DNA of 25,036 bases from Actinomycetota bacterium (lineage in GTDB: Bacteria > Actinomycetota > CALGFH01), in NCBI GenBank assembly GCA_036395655.1, contig DASWDC010000054.1, positions 1-25,036 on the forward strand. The letters run 5' to 3'. Each line of letters starts with the position of its first letter. Position 1 is the first letter of the stretch. Shown piece by piece: positions 1 to 6,593 of the stretch. The notes below the pieces were generated by a model. That model worked only from the letters and a program-made list of their open reading frames with translations. It did not search any database and was not told the DNA's origin. Made by a program: the position numbers and the translations under genes.

Positions 1-211
1 TATGGATGGCCTTCAGCATCCGCTGATAGGCGGGCCTGGGCTTGTCGCCGGTTGCTGAGACGTCGTTGTCGGTGTAGACGTGAGCAATCCGATCGCCGCG
101 CCGATCGGCACCGTGCTGGCAGTCCTCGATCTGTCGCCGCACTCCCAAGGTATCCTCGGGGTCGAGAACCTGGCTGATGCGGGCGTAGATGGCGCCGGAC
201 TTCATGGGCAT
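1..211 (-). CDS. Large serine recombinase/integrase, N-terminal catalytic domain (partial, continues beyond the window's left edge)
   Basis: Manual translation of the minus strand from ATG 211 gives MPMKSGAIYARISQVLDPEDTLGVRRQIEDCQHGADRRGDRIAHVYTDNDVSATGDKPRPAYQRMLKAIH. This carries the serine-recombinase motifs YARIS (catalytic Ser), RQxxxC and YxDNDVSA...RPxYxxML. The frame is open to the window edge. Absent from the ORF track. Confidence 0.88.
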   Translation of the reverse strand, partial: MPMKSGAIYARISQVLDPEDTLGVRRQIEDCQHGADRRGDRIAHVYTDNDVSATGDKPRPAYQRMLKAIH

Positions 212-250
212 ACCACCACCTTACTATGTGATTTGCGACTCGTGGCCCAG
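212..250. mobile_element. Probable attL/attR junction of a serine-integrase element inserted in paaK
   Basis: AT-richer tract (ccttactatgtgatttgcgact) lies between the recombinase start (211) and the point (~242-245) where PaaK-like sequence (AQHGLHVNEDH) and high GC3 codon bias begin abruptly. The exact crossover cannot be fixed without the other end. Confidence 0.6.
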
Positions 251-823
251 CACGGCCTGCACGTCAACGAGGACCACTTCCTGGTCGAGGTAATCGACCC
301 TACGACTGGGTCGCGGGTTGCGGCGGGGGAGCGGGGGGAGTTGGTGTTCACCACGCTGACCAAGGAGGCGATGCCGCTGCTGCGCTACCGCACGGGTGAC
401 ATCGCGACCCTGGACCGCTTGCCGTGCCCGTGCGGGCGCACGCTCGTCCGGATGTCGAAGGTGCTCGGCAGGGTCGATGACATGCTGGTGGTGCGGGGGG
501 TCAACGTCTATCCGAGCGAGGTTGAGGCGGTGCTGCTCGCCGAGCCTGGGGTGGGGGCGCAGTACCTGCTGGTGGTGGATCGGACGCGGACGCTGGCGGC
601 GCTTGAGGTCGTCTGCGAGCTGGCGGAGGCGGCGTCCGGGGGCGGGGATCAGGCGCATCAGGCGGAGGGGGTCCGCGCCGCGGTCGCGCTGGCGTTGGAG
701 CGCCGGCTGGGGTTGCGCCCCGAGGTGCGGGTGCTCGCCGCGGGGACGCTTCCCCGTACCGAGGTTGGGAAGGCGAGGCGGGTTGTGGAGCGTTCAGCGG
801 AGCACGACCCGCTGACGCTGTAG
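242..823 (+). pseudogene. paaK: 3' half of a phenylacetate-CoA ligase (PaaK-like) gene, interrupted by the element
   Basis: Motifs GLHVNEDHFLVEVIDP, GELVFTTLTKEAMPLLRYRTGD, GRVDDMLVVRGVNVYPSEVE and GKARRVVER match the C-terminal part of PaaK-type acyl-CoA ligases. The N-terminal half is absent. The first ~54 aa of track ORF 80..823 are the antisense of the recombinase. Confidence 0.8.
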
Positions 824-959
824 CGGTCGCTGGAGCTGGTGCGAAGCGGCACGGCGACTGGTTTGGCGCTGCGCCGATGAGTTCGTGCGGGCGAGGCGGT
901 CTTCCTTGCAGGATCCTGGCGAAGCAGGCAGCGAAGCAGGCGTGGACAGGAGGGTGATC

Positions 960-1532
960 ATGGGCAAGGTTGTGGTGACGGAGTTCATCTCGCTGGATGG
1001 CGTGATGGAGGACCCGGGCGGGGCGGAGAAGGACCGCTACGAGCGTGGCGGTTGGACGTTCCAGTTCGACCGTGGCGAGGAGGGCGACAAGTTCAAGTTC
1101 GACGAGTTGATGGCGTCTGACGCGGGGCTGCTTGGGCGGGTGACCTACGAGGGGTTCGCGAAGGCGTGGCCGGCGATGGACACCGACGACTTCGGGCGCA
1201 AGCTGAACTCCATGCCGAAGTTCGTGGTCTCGTCGACGCTGGAGAACCCAACGTGGAAGAACACGACGGTGCTCCGGGGCGACCTCGCTGAGGAGGTCGG
1301 CAAGCTGAAGGAGCAGTTCGCCGGCGACATCATGGTCGCGGGGAGCGGGCGGCTGGCGCAGTCGCTGCTGGCGCGCGACCTGGTGGACAGGCTGCACCTG
1401 ATGGTCTTCCCGGTGCTGTTGGGGGAGGGCAAGCGCCTGTTCGCGGACGGCACGGACCTGACCAGGTGGCAGCTCGTTGAGACGAAGCAGACCGGCGAGG
1501 TCGTGATCCTCGTCCTCGAACGGGAGCGGTAG
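960..1532 (+). CDS. Dihydrofolate reductase / RibD C-terminal domain family protein
   Basis: Motifs VVVTEFISLDGVMEDPGG, LLGRVTYEGF, NSMPKFVVSSTL, GSGRLAQSL and FPVLLGEGKRLF. Start moved from 885 to ATG 960 because the RBS ggagggtgatc precedes it. Confidence 0.85.
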   Translation: MGKVVVTEFISLDGVMEDPGGAEKDRYERGGWTFQFDRGEEGDKFKFDELMASDAGLLGRVTYEGFAKAWPAMDTDDFGRKLNSMPKFVVSSTLENPTWKNTTVLRGDLAEEVGKLKEQFAGDIMVAGSGRLAQSLLARDLVDRLHLMVFPVLLGEGKRLFADGTDLTRWQLVETKQTGEVVILVLERER

Positions 1533-1574
1533 GCCGGGGCACGACACTGGGGCGGGTCGCTTCGGGCGGAGGGC

Positions 1575-1622
1575 TGTGGATAACCCGGGAGGACGGTCGG
1601 GCTGCTGTGGCAGACTCCGGGC
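1575..1622 (+). promoter_or_regulatory. Leaderless uvrD2 promoter with an upstream perfect DnaA box
   Basis: TGTGGATAA (reverse complement TTATCCACA) at 1575-1583, GGTCGG at 1595-1600, -10-like CAGACT at 1611-1616, then ATG 6 nt later. Confidence 0.55.
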
Positions 1623-3671
1623 ATGAACCCGAAGCGACTCACCCACGATCTGAATCCCGAGCAGCGCGCCGCGGTGGAGGCGTGCAGCGGCCCGGTCTGC
1701 ATCCTCGCTGGTGCGGGGACTGGAAAGACACGGGTGATCTCGCGGCGGGTCGCCTATGCGATCGCCACCGGGGCGGTCGACCCCAGGCACGTGCTGGTGG
1801 TCACCTTCACCGAGAAGGCGGCGGGCGAGATGCGCGAGCGGCTCGCCGGGCTTGGGTTCCCGGGGGTGCAGGCGCAGACCTTCCATGCGGCCGCGTTCCG
1901 GCAGTTGCGCTACTTCTGGCCACGGCTCTCGCAGGAGCCGCTGCCGGAGGTGGCCGACTCGAAGGCCGTGCTGCTGGTGCCGCTGCAGCGCAGCCTCCCG
2001 GGCGGCTACAAGTTCACCGCCCTGAAGGACCTCGCCGACGAGATCGAATGGGCCAAGGCGCGGCGCCTGGACCCGGACGGCTACGCGGCGGCGGTGGTGC
2101 GGCTCGGCCGCACGCCGCCGGTGCCGGCCGACCTGTTCACCGGCCTGTTCCGCCATTATGAGTGGGCCAAGGAGCGCGCCGGCCGGATCGATTTCGAGGA
2201 CATGCTGGTTCGCATGCTCGACGCGCTGGAACGCCGCGAGGACATCGCCGAGGAGTTCCGCGGCCAGTATCGCTGGTTCTCGGTGGATGAGTATCAGGAC
2301 ACCAACCCGTTGCAGCAGGCGCTGCTGGACGCCTGGCTGGGTGGCCGCGACGACCTGGCGGTGGTCGGCGACGAGGACCAGACGATCTATACCTTCACCG
2401 GAGCGACCAGCGACTACCTGACCGGTTTCAAGCGCCGCTACCCGGAGGCGTGCGTGTTCCGGCTGGAGCAGAACTATCGCTCCACGCCGGAGGTGCTGGC
2501 GGTGGCGAACCGGCTGCTGACCCGGTCGGGCGGTTCGCCGGGCAAGCGGCTGGTGGCGACGCGCGCGTCCGGCCCCGAGCCGGTGATCGCCGCCTTCGAG
2601 TCAGCCGAGGGCGAGGCCGCCGCCCTGGTCGCCGAAGTCGGCCGCCTGGGCGCGCTCGGGGTGGCGCTTGAGGAGGTGGCGGTCCTGCTGCGCACCAACG
2701 CGCAGATCCCGCTGGTGGAGGAGGCGCTGGCAGCCGCGGGGATCCGCTACCAGGTCCGCGGCGTGCTGTTCTTCCGCCGGCAGGAGGTGCGCCGGGCGCT
2801 TTCGGTGCTGTCGTCCCGCACCGCGCGGGCCGCGGGCGGGGGGCTGGTCGACGCAATCGAGGCGATCTGGTTCGAGCGGCTGGCGTTCCGCCGCGACCAG
2901 GAACCTGACAGCGAGGAGGCACGCCAGCGCCACGCCAGCCTGGTCAGCCTGCTCGGCGTCGCCGAGCGGCTCCAGGCCGACGGCGAGCACGCCGACCTGG
3001 CTGGCTTCCTCGCCGAGGTGCAGCGCCGCGCCGCCGACGAGGCCGCCGGGGTGGGCGGCGGGGTGAACCTGCTCACCTACCACAAGGCCAAGGGCCTGGA
3101 GTTCGACGCGGTGCTGCTTCCGGCTCTGGAGGAGGGGCTGTTGCCGATCCGGCAGGCCAGCGAGCCGGATGAGGTGGCGGAGGAGCGCCGCCTGCTCTAC
3201 GTCGGCCTCACCCGGGCGCGGGTGCACTTGTGGGTCAGCTGGTCGGCTCGGCGGACGGGGCCGTCCGGGCGGGAGCAGCCCCGCAAGCCGTCGCGTTTCC
3301 TCGACGACCTGGTCCCGGTGGACGCCGGCCGGGTGCGGCCTCGGGCGGTCGCGGCGGGGATCGGGACGTCACGGGCCGCCCCGGGGGCGCGGGCCGGCAA
3401 CGGCCGGGCTGGGGAGGGCACCGCCGGTAACGGGCGGGTGGAGGCCGCGCTCAGCTCAGCTCTTGGCGAGCGGCTGCGGGCTTGGCGTCGGGACCGCGCC
3501 AAGCAGGACGAGGTGCCCTCCTACGTCGTGTTCAACGACCGGACCCTGGCGGCGCTGACCGAGCGTCGTCCCCGTAGCCGCGGGGAGTTGCTCGCGGTCG
3601 AGGGGATCGGCCCGACCAAGCTGGATCGCTACGGAGAGGAGTTACTACGAATCCTTAGTGCTGACGAGTAG
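1623..3671 (+). CDS. uvrD2: ATP-dependent DNA helicase UvrD2 with C-terminal HRDC domain
   Basis: Q motif LNPEQRAAV, Walker A AGAGTGKT, DEYQD, NYRS and LLYVGLTRA. HRDC-like RLRAWRRDRAKQDEVPSYVVFNDRTL...GIGPTKLDRYG. Confidence 0.93.
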   Translation: MNPKRLTHDLNPEQRAAVEACSGPVCILAGAGTGKTRVISRRVAYAIATGAVDPRHVLVVTFTEKAAGEMRERLAGLGFPGVQAQTFHAAAFRQLRYFWPRLSQEPLPEVADSKAVLLVPLQRSLPGGYKFTALKDLADEIEWAKARRLDPDGYAAAVVRLGRTPPVPADLFTGLFRHYEWAKERAGRIDFEDMLVRMLDALERREDIAEEFRGQYRWFSVDEYQDTNPLQQALLDAWLGGRDDLAVVGDEDQTIYTFTGATSDYLTGFKRRYPEACVFRLEQNYRSTPEVLAVANRLLTRSGGSPGKRLVATRASGPEPVIAAFESAEGEAAALVAEVGRLGALGVALEEVAVLLRTNAQIPLVEEALAAAGIRYQVRGVLFFRRQEVRRALSVLSSRTARAAGGGLVDAIEAIWFERLAFRRDQEPDSEEARQRHASLVSLLGVAERLQADGEHADLAGFLAEVQRRAADEAAGVGGGVNLLTYHKAKGLEFDAVLLPALEEGLLPIRQASEPDEVAEERRLLYVGLTRARVHLWVSWSARRTGPSGREQPRKPSRFLDDLVPVDAGRVRPRAVAAGIGTSRAAPGARAGNGRAGEGTAGNGRVEAALSSALGERLRAWRRDRAKQDEVPSYVVFNDRTLAALTERRPRSRGELLAVEGIGPTKLDRYGEELLRILSADE

Positions 3672-3703
3672 CTTGGCCGCTTCAGGCAGGCGAGAATAGG
3701 CTC

Positions 3704-3919
3704 ATGTCACGTCAAAGGGAACGGGGCGCCCATCCGCCCGTCTGTCAGTACTGCGCCCGGGTCGCCGACACCAACGGTCTCGGGTTGCCGTTCGGCTGGA
3801 CTGTCCAGACGGGAGCGCACGGCTTGACCTTCTTGTGCTCAGGCTGCACCCGCTCGAACCTGCGCTCGATCGAGTCGCGGATGTTCGAGCGGGACCCGGG
3901 CGGGTTCGGGCTGAACTGA
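3704..3919 (+). CDS. Small putative Zn-binding protein (CxxC...GW...CxxC-x-RxNLRxIE)
   Basis: Two CxxC pairs (CQYC, CSGC). Resembles, from memory, the small conserved protein found downstream of uvrD2 in other actinomycetes. Possible leaderless -10 GAGAAT 6 nt upstream. Confidence 0.65.
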   Translation: MSRQRERGAHPPVCQYCARVADTNGLGLPFGWTVQTGAHGLTFLCSGCTRSNLRSIESRMFERDPGGFGLN

Positions 3920-3946
3920 GCGGCTGCTCGGGCGCTGGCGCCTGCT

Positions 3947-4588
3947 TCAGGCGCCAGCTGGGCCCGGTGCGGCGCCTTGCAGCGGCGCGGCGGCGGGCTC
4001 GGCGTAGCTGATGCGCCTGACGTGATCGTCGTCGAATTCGATGGTGGTCACGCTGCCGAGGGTGCAGCGGCGCCCGCCTGGCCAGTGCCCGAGGGGTCGG
4101 TGCTGGTAGGCGAGCCGCGCGACCCAGATCGGCGCCTGATGCGAGACCAGCACGACCTGCTGGCCACGGAACTCCTCCCTGGCGGAGGTGACCGCCGCCT
4201 GCACCCGCTCGGCGAGGTCGACGTTGCGCTCGCCCCATGACGGCGTGCGGATGTCGCGCAGCTTCCACCAGCTGGCCGGGTGGCGCAGGATGTACCAGCC
4301 GACGCTGCCGGCCACGCCCTCGAAGATCGAACTGGACTCGATCAGGCGCGGGTCGGCGCGGACTTCCAGACCGTGGGCCGCCGCGATTGGCGCGGCGGTC
4401 TGCTGCGCCCGTTCCAGCGGGCTCGCCAGCACCGCCGCCACCGGGATCGCAGCGAAGTAGCGGGCGAGCAGCTCCGCCTGGGCACGGCCGCGAGCGGAGA
4501 GGTTGAAGCCGGGCAGGCGTCCGTACAGGACCCGAGCCGGGTTCTCGACCTGCCCATGCCGCACCAGGTGGATGGTCGTCATCGGCAT
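3947..4588 (-). CDS. Histidine phosphatase (phosphoglycerate mutase-like) family protein
   Basis: LVRHG catalytic motif, LYGRLPGFNLS, ASPLERAQQTA and VSHQAPI. Alternative start at 4582. Confidence 0.9.
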   Translation of the reverse strand: MPMTTIHLVRHGQVENPARVLYGRLPGFNLSARGRAQAELLARYFAAIPVAAVLASPLERAQQTAAPIAAAHGLEVRADPRLIESSSIFEGVAGSVGWYILRHPASWWKLRDIRTPSWGERNVDLAERVQAAVTSAREEFRGQQVVLVSHQAPIWVARLAYQHRPLGHWPGGRRCTLGSVTTIEFDDDHVRRISYAEPAAAPLQGAAPGPAGA

Positions 4589-4605
4589 GGGTATGACCTC
4601 GCGGT

Positions 4606-5829
4606 TCAGTCCAGGGGCGCGGGCGGGGGGATATGTCGGGGCATGGTAGCAGCGGCCGGGGCGACACCGGCGAGCACGGCAGCGACCGCGGCGAGCAGCA
4701 CGATCAGCCCGAGGGCGCGGGTAAGACCGAGCTGGCCGGCGACCATGCCGATCAGCGGCGGTCCGGCGAGCCCGCCAAGATAGCTCATGCCCGTCACCGC
4801 CGCGATCGCCGGGCCGGCGGGTTGTTGCACCGGGGGCCTACCGCTCGGCTGACCTTGATCCCCGGACCCCCCGGCGCCACGGCCGGCGCTCGAGAACACG
4901 ATCGGGATCGTGATCGAGAGCCCCGCGCCGAGCAGGCCGAAGCCGAGGATGCCGGCCGGTCGTGTGGGGATCAGCAGGGCGACCAGCAGGCCCCCAGCGG
5001 CCAGGCTGGCCCCGGCGCGCAGGGCCAGGCGCGGTCCCCAGCGGGCGGTGGCGCGGTCACCGAGGAGGCGGCCGCTGGTCATCGCCAGGGAGAACGCGGC
5101 AAAGGCGAGGGCGGCGACGGCCGGGGAGGCTGCGCGGACCTCGCGCAGGTACACCGCGCTCCAGTCGCCGGCGGCGCCCTCGCCAAACAGGCAGCAGAAG
5201 CCGATCAGGCCAAGCAGGACGAGCCAGCGGGACGGCCGGGCCAGCCGCAGGGCCTGGCGTGACCCGTCGTCGGCGGCGAGCAGCCAGCGGTTGGCGCCCG
5301 CCGCGATGGCCGCGAGGCTGGCGGCCGCGAGCGTGAAGTGCGCCGCCGGGGTCAGGCCCAGCGCAGCCGCGGCGCTGCCGCCGAGCGCGCCGGCCAGCGC
5401 GCCGAGGCTGAACAGGCCGTGGAACGACGCCATGATCGGCCGCTGCCAGGCCCGCTCGACGGCGATGCCCTGGGTGTTCATGGAGACGTCCAGCAGTCCG
5501 TTGGCGAGTCCGAACAGCAGCAGCGCCGCCCACAGGGCCATCAGGTCCGGGGCCAAGCCCGCAAGCGGCAGGACGGCGCAGTGGGCGAACACCGCCGCCC
5601 GCGTCACCGGTCTGCTGCCACGGCGGGCCACCAGCGCGCCGGCCAGCGGGATGCCGGCCAGCGCGCCGAGCGTCGGCCCGAGCAGGGCGAGCCCAAGTTG
5701 GGGGGCGTCAAGGCCGAGGTGCCCCTTGACCGCCGGGATGCGCGCCGCCCAGGTGCCGATCAGGGCCCCGTTGACGAAGAACGTCACCGCCACCGCGATC
5801 CGCGCCCGCCGCACGACCCGGTCCGGCAT
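4606..5829 (-). CDS. MFS transporter
   Basis: About 12 hydrophobic segments, with motif-A-like GALVARRGSR and GRLLGDRATARWG. Start uncertain (5829, 5859 or 5907). Confidence 0.88.
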   Translation of the reverse strand: MPDRVVRRARIAVAVTFFVNGALIGTWAARIPAVKGHLGLDAPQLGLALLGPTLGALAGIPLAGALVARRGSRPVTRAAVFAHCAVLPLAGLAPDLMALWAALLLFGLANGLLDVSMNTQGIAVERAWQRPIMASFHGLFSLGALAGALGGSAAAALGLTPAAHFTLAAASLAAIAAGANRWLLAADDGSRQALRLARPSRWLVLLGLIGFCCLFGEGAAGDWSAVYLREVRAASPAVAALAFAAFSLAMTSGRLLGDRATARWGPRLALRAGASLAAGGLLVALLIPTRPAGILGFGLLGAGLSITIPIVFSSAGRGAGGSGDQGQPSGRPPVQQPAGPAIAAVTGMSYLGGLAGPPLIGMVAGQLGLTRALGLIVLLAAVAAVLAGVAPAAATMPRHIPPPAPLD

Positions 5830-5905
5830 GAACCTCGCCGTGTTCGTCGTGGCGCTCACGCTGTTCGAGTTGGGTCGCGGTGACACGATCGGCGGCTGGA
5901 GAGAC

Positions 5906-5930
5906 AAAAAAGCCCCCGGACGGGGGCTTC
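5906..5930 (-). terminator. Intrinsic terminator (minus strand) upstream of the MFS gene
   Basis: The minus strand reads GAAGCCCCC-GUCC-GGGGGC-UUUUUU: a GC stem, a 4-nt loop and a six-U tract. Confidence 0.85.
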
Positions 5931-6006
5931 AACGCCACACTGAAAGTTGTCGAGCTGACCTCCAGCCGGTTCTGCGGGATTATCCCGCGATGGCTGGCGG
6001 CGCGCG

Positions 6007-6246
6007 CTAGTTCTTGAACGCGTCAGGCGAGTAGTTCCACGGCTGGCCGCGGTCGATCTGGAAGCGGCCGCCGACCTCGGGGTCGCGGTCGATGCCGACG
6101 ATCTGGTGGCACTTGGGGCATTCCCAGCGCTCAAAGCCGTGCGCGGAGCCTTGCAGCGTCATCCGCGAGCCGCACTTGTCGCACACCTCGCGCTGGAGGG
6201 TCGGGGTGCTGCTACCGCTGGTATCGCTGGGGAAGTCAGTACCCAT
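6007..6246 (-). CDS. Small zinc-ribbon protein (79 aa, CxxC-x17-CxxC)
   Basis: CDKC and CPKC pairs, high GC3, and the RBS AAGGAG upstream of ATG 6246 (the track start at 6345 is probably too long). Confidence 0.7.
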   Translation of the reverse strand: MGTDFPSDTSGSSTPTLQREVCDKCGSRMTLQGSAHGFERWECPKCHQIVGIDRDPEVGGRFQIDRGQPWNYSPDAFKN

Positions 6247-6518
6247 GTCGTCGTCTCCTTGCTCCTCCCGGTCGTTCCCCGAGATGCACCTCCAGCATGG
6301 CCCAAGTCGCGCGATCTTGCATCTGCCGATCGCGGGATTCCGCATGCCGATCTCGTATCAGGACCTCGCCCGATTTGTAGCTCCTTGCCCTCTAGGTAGT
6401 TCTACCGTTCCTCGGTAGTTCCAACCGGCTCCGCACCCTCTCGCATTCCCCGCATAGCTTCTCACGAAGCTTCGACGTTGAGGCAATGGACGGCCACGAC
6501 ATTCAATTCGGCGGAAGG

Positions 6519-6593
6519 GACGCCGGAGTTCACCAGAGGGTTCACCAGCCTGGCCCCGGCGTCGGCCCCAGCAGGGCCGGTACGATGCGGAGC
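6519..6593 (+). promoter_or_regulatory. Leaderless hut promoter with a direct-repeat operator candidate
   Basis: -10 TACGAT at 6581-6586, 7 nt before ATG 6594. GTTCACCAG occurs twice (6528-6536, 6540-6548, period 12), bracketed by the inverted repeat GACGCCGG/CCGGCGTC (6519-6526, 6556-6563). Confidence 0.6.

Noticed and set aside
80-241. N-terminal ~54 aa of track ORF 80..823 as a novel PaaK N-terminus
   Set aside because: It is the antisense reading of the recombinase gene and has no PaaK features; the open frame is incidental.
919-941. Direct repeat gcgaagcaggc x2 upstream of the RibD-like gene
   Set aside because: Only two short copies with no spacer structure; not CRISPR-like and of no inferable function.
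3854-3869. LexA-like TCGAAC-CTGC-GCTCGA
   Set aside because: One mismatch, inside a coding region, and explained by the encoded RSNLRS; not near a promoter.
6511-6565. Cobalamin riboswitch resemblance (AAGGGA...CCGG)
   Set aside because: It lacks the remaining conserved core and B12-box elements and lies upstream of the predicted leaderless TSS.
6486-6593. 36-aa N-terminal extension of HutH
   Set aside because: The -10 hexamer 7 nt before ATG 6594 explains the start better, and the extension overlaps regulatory repeats.
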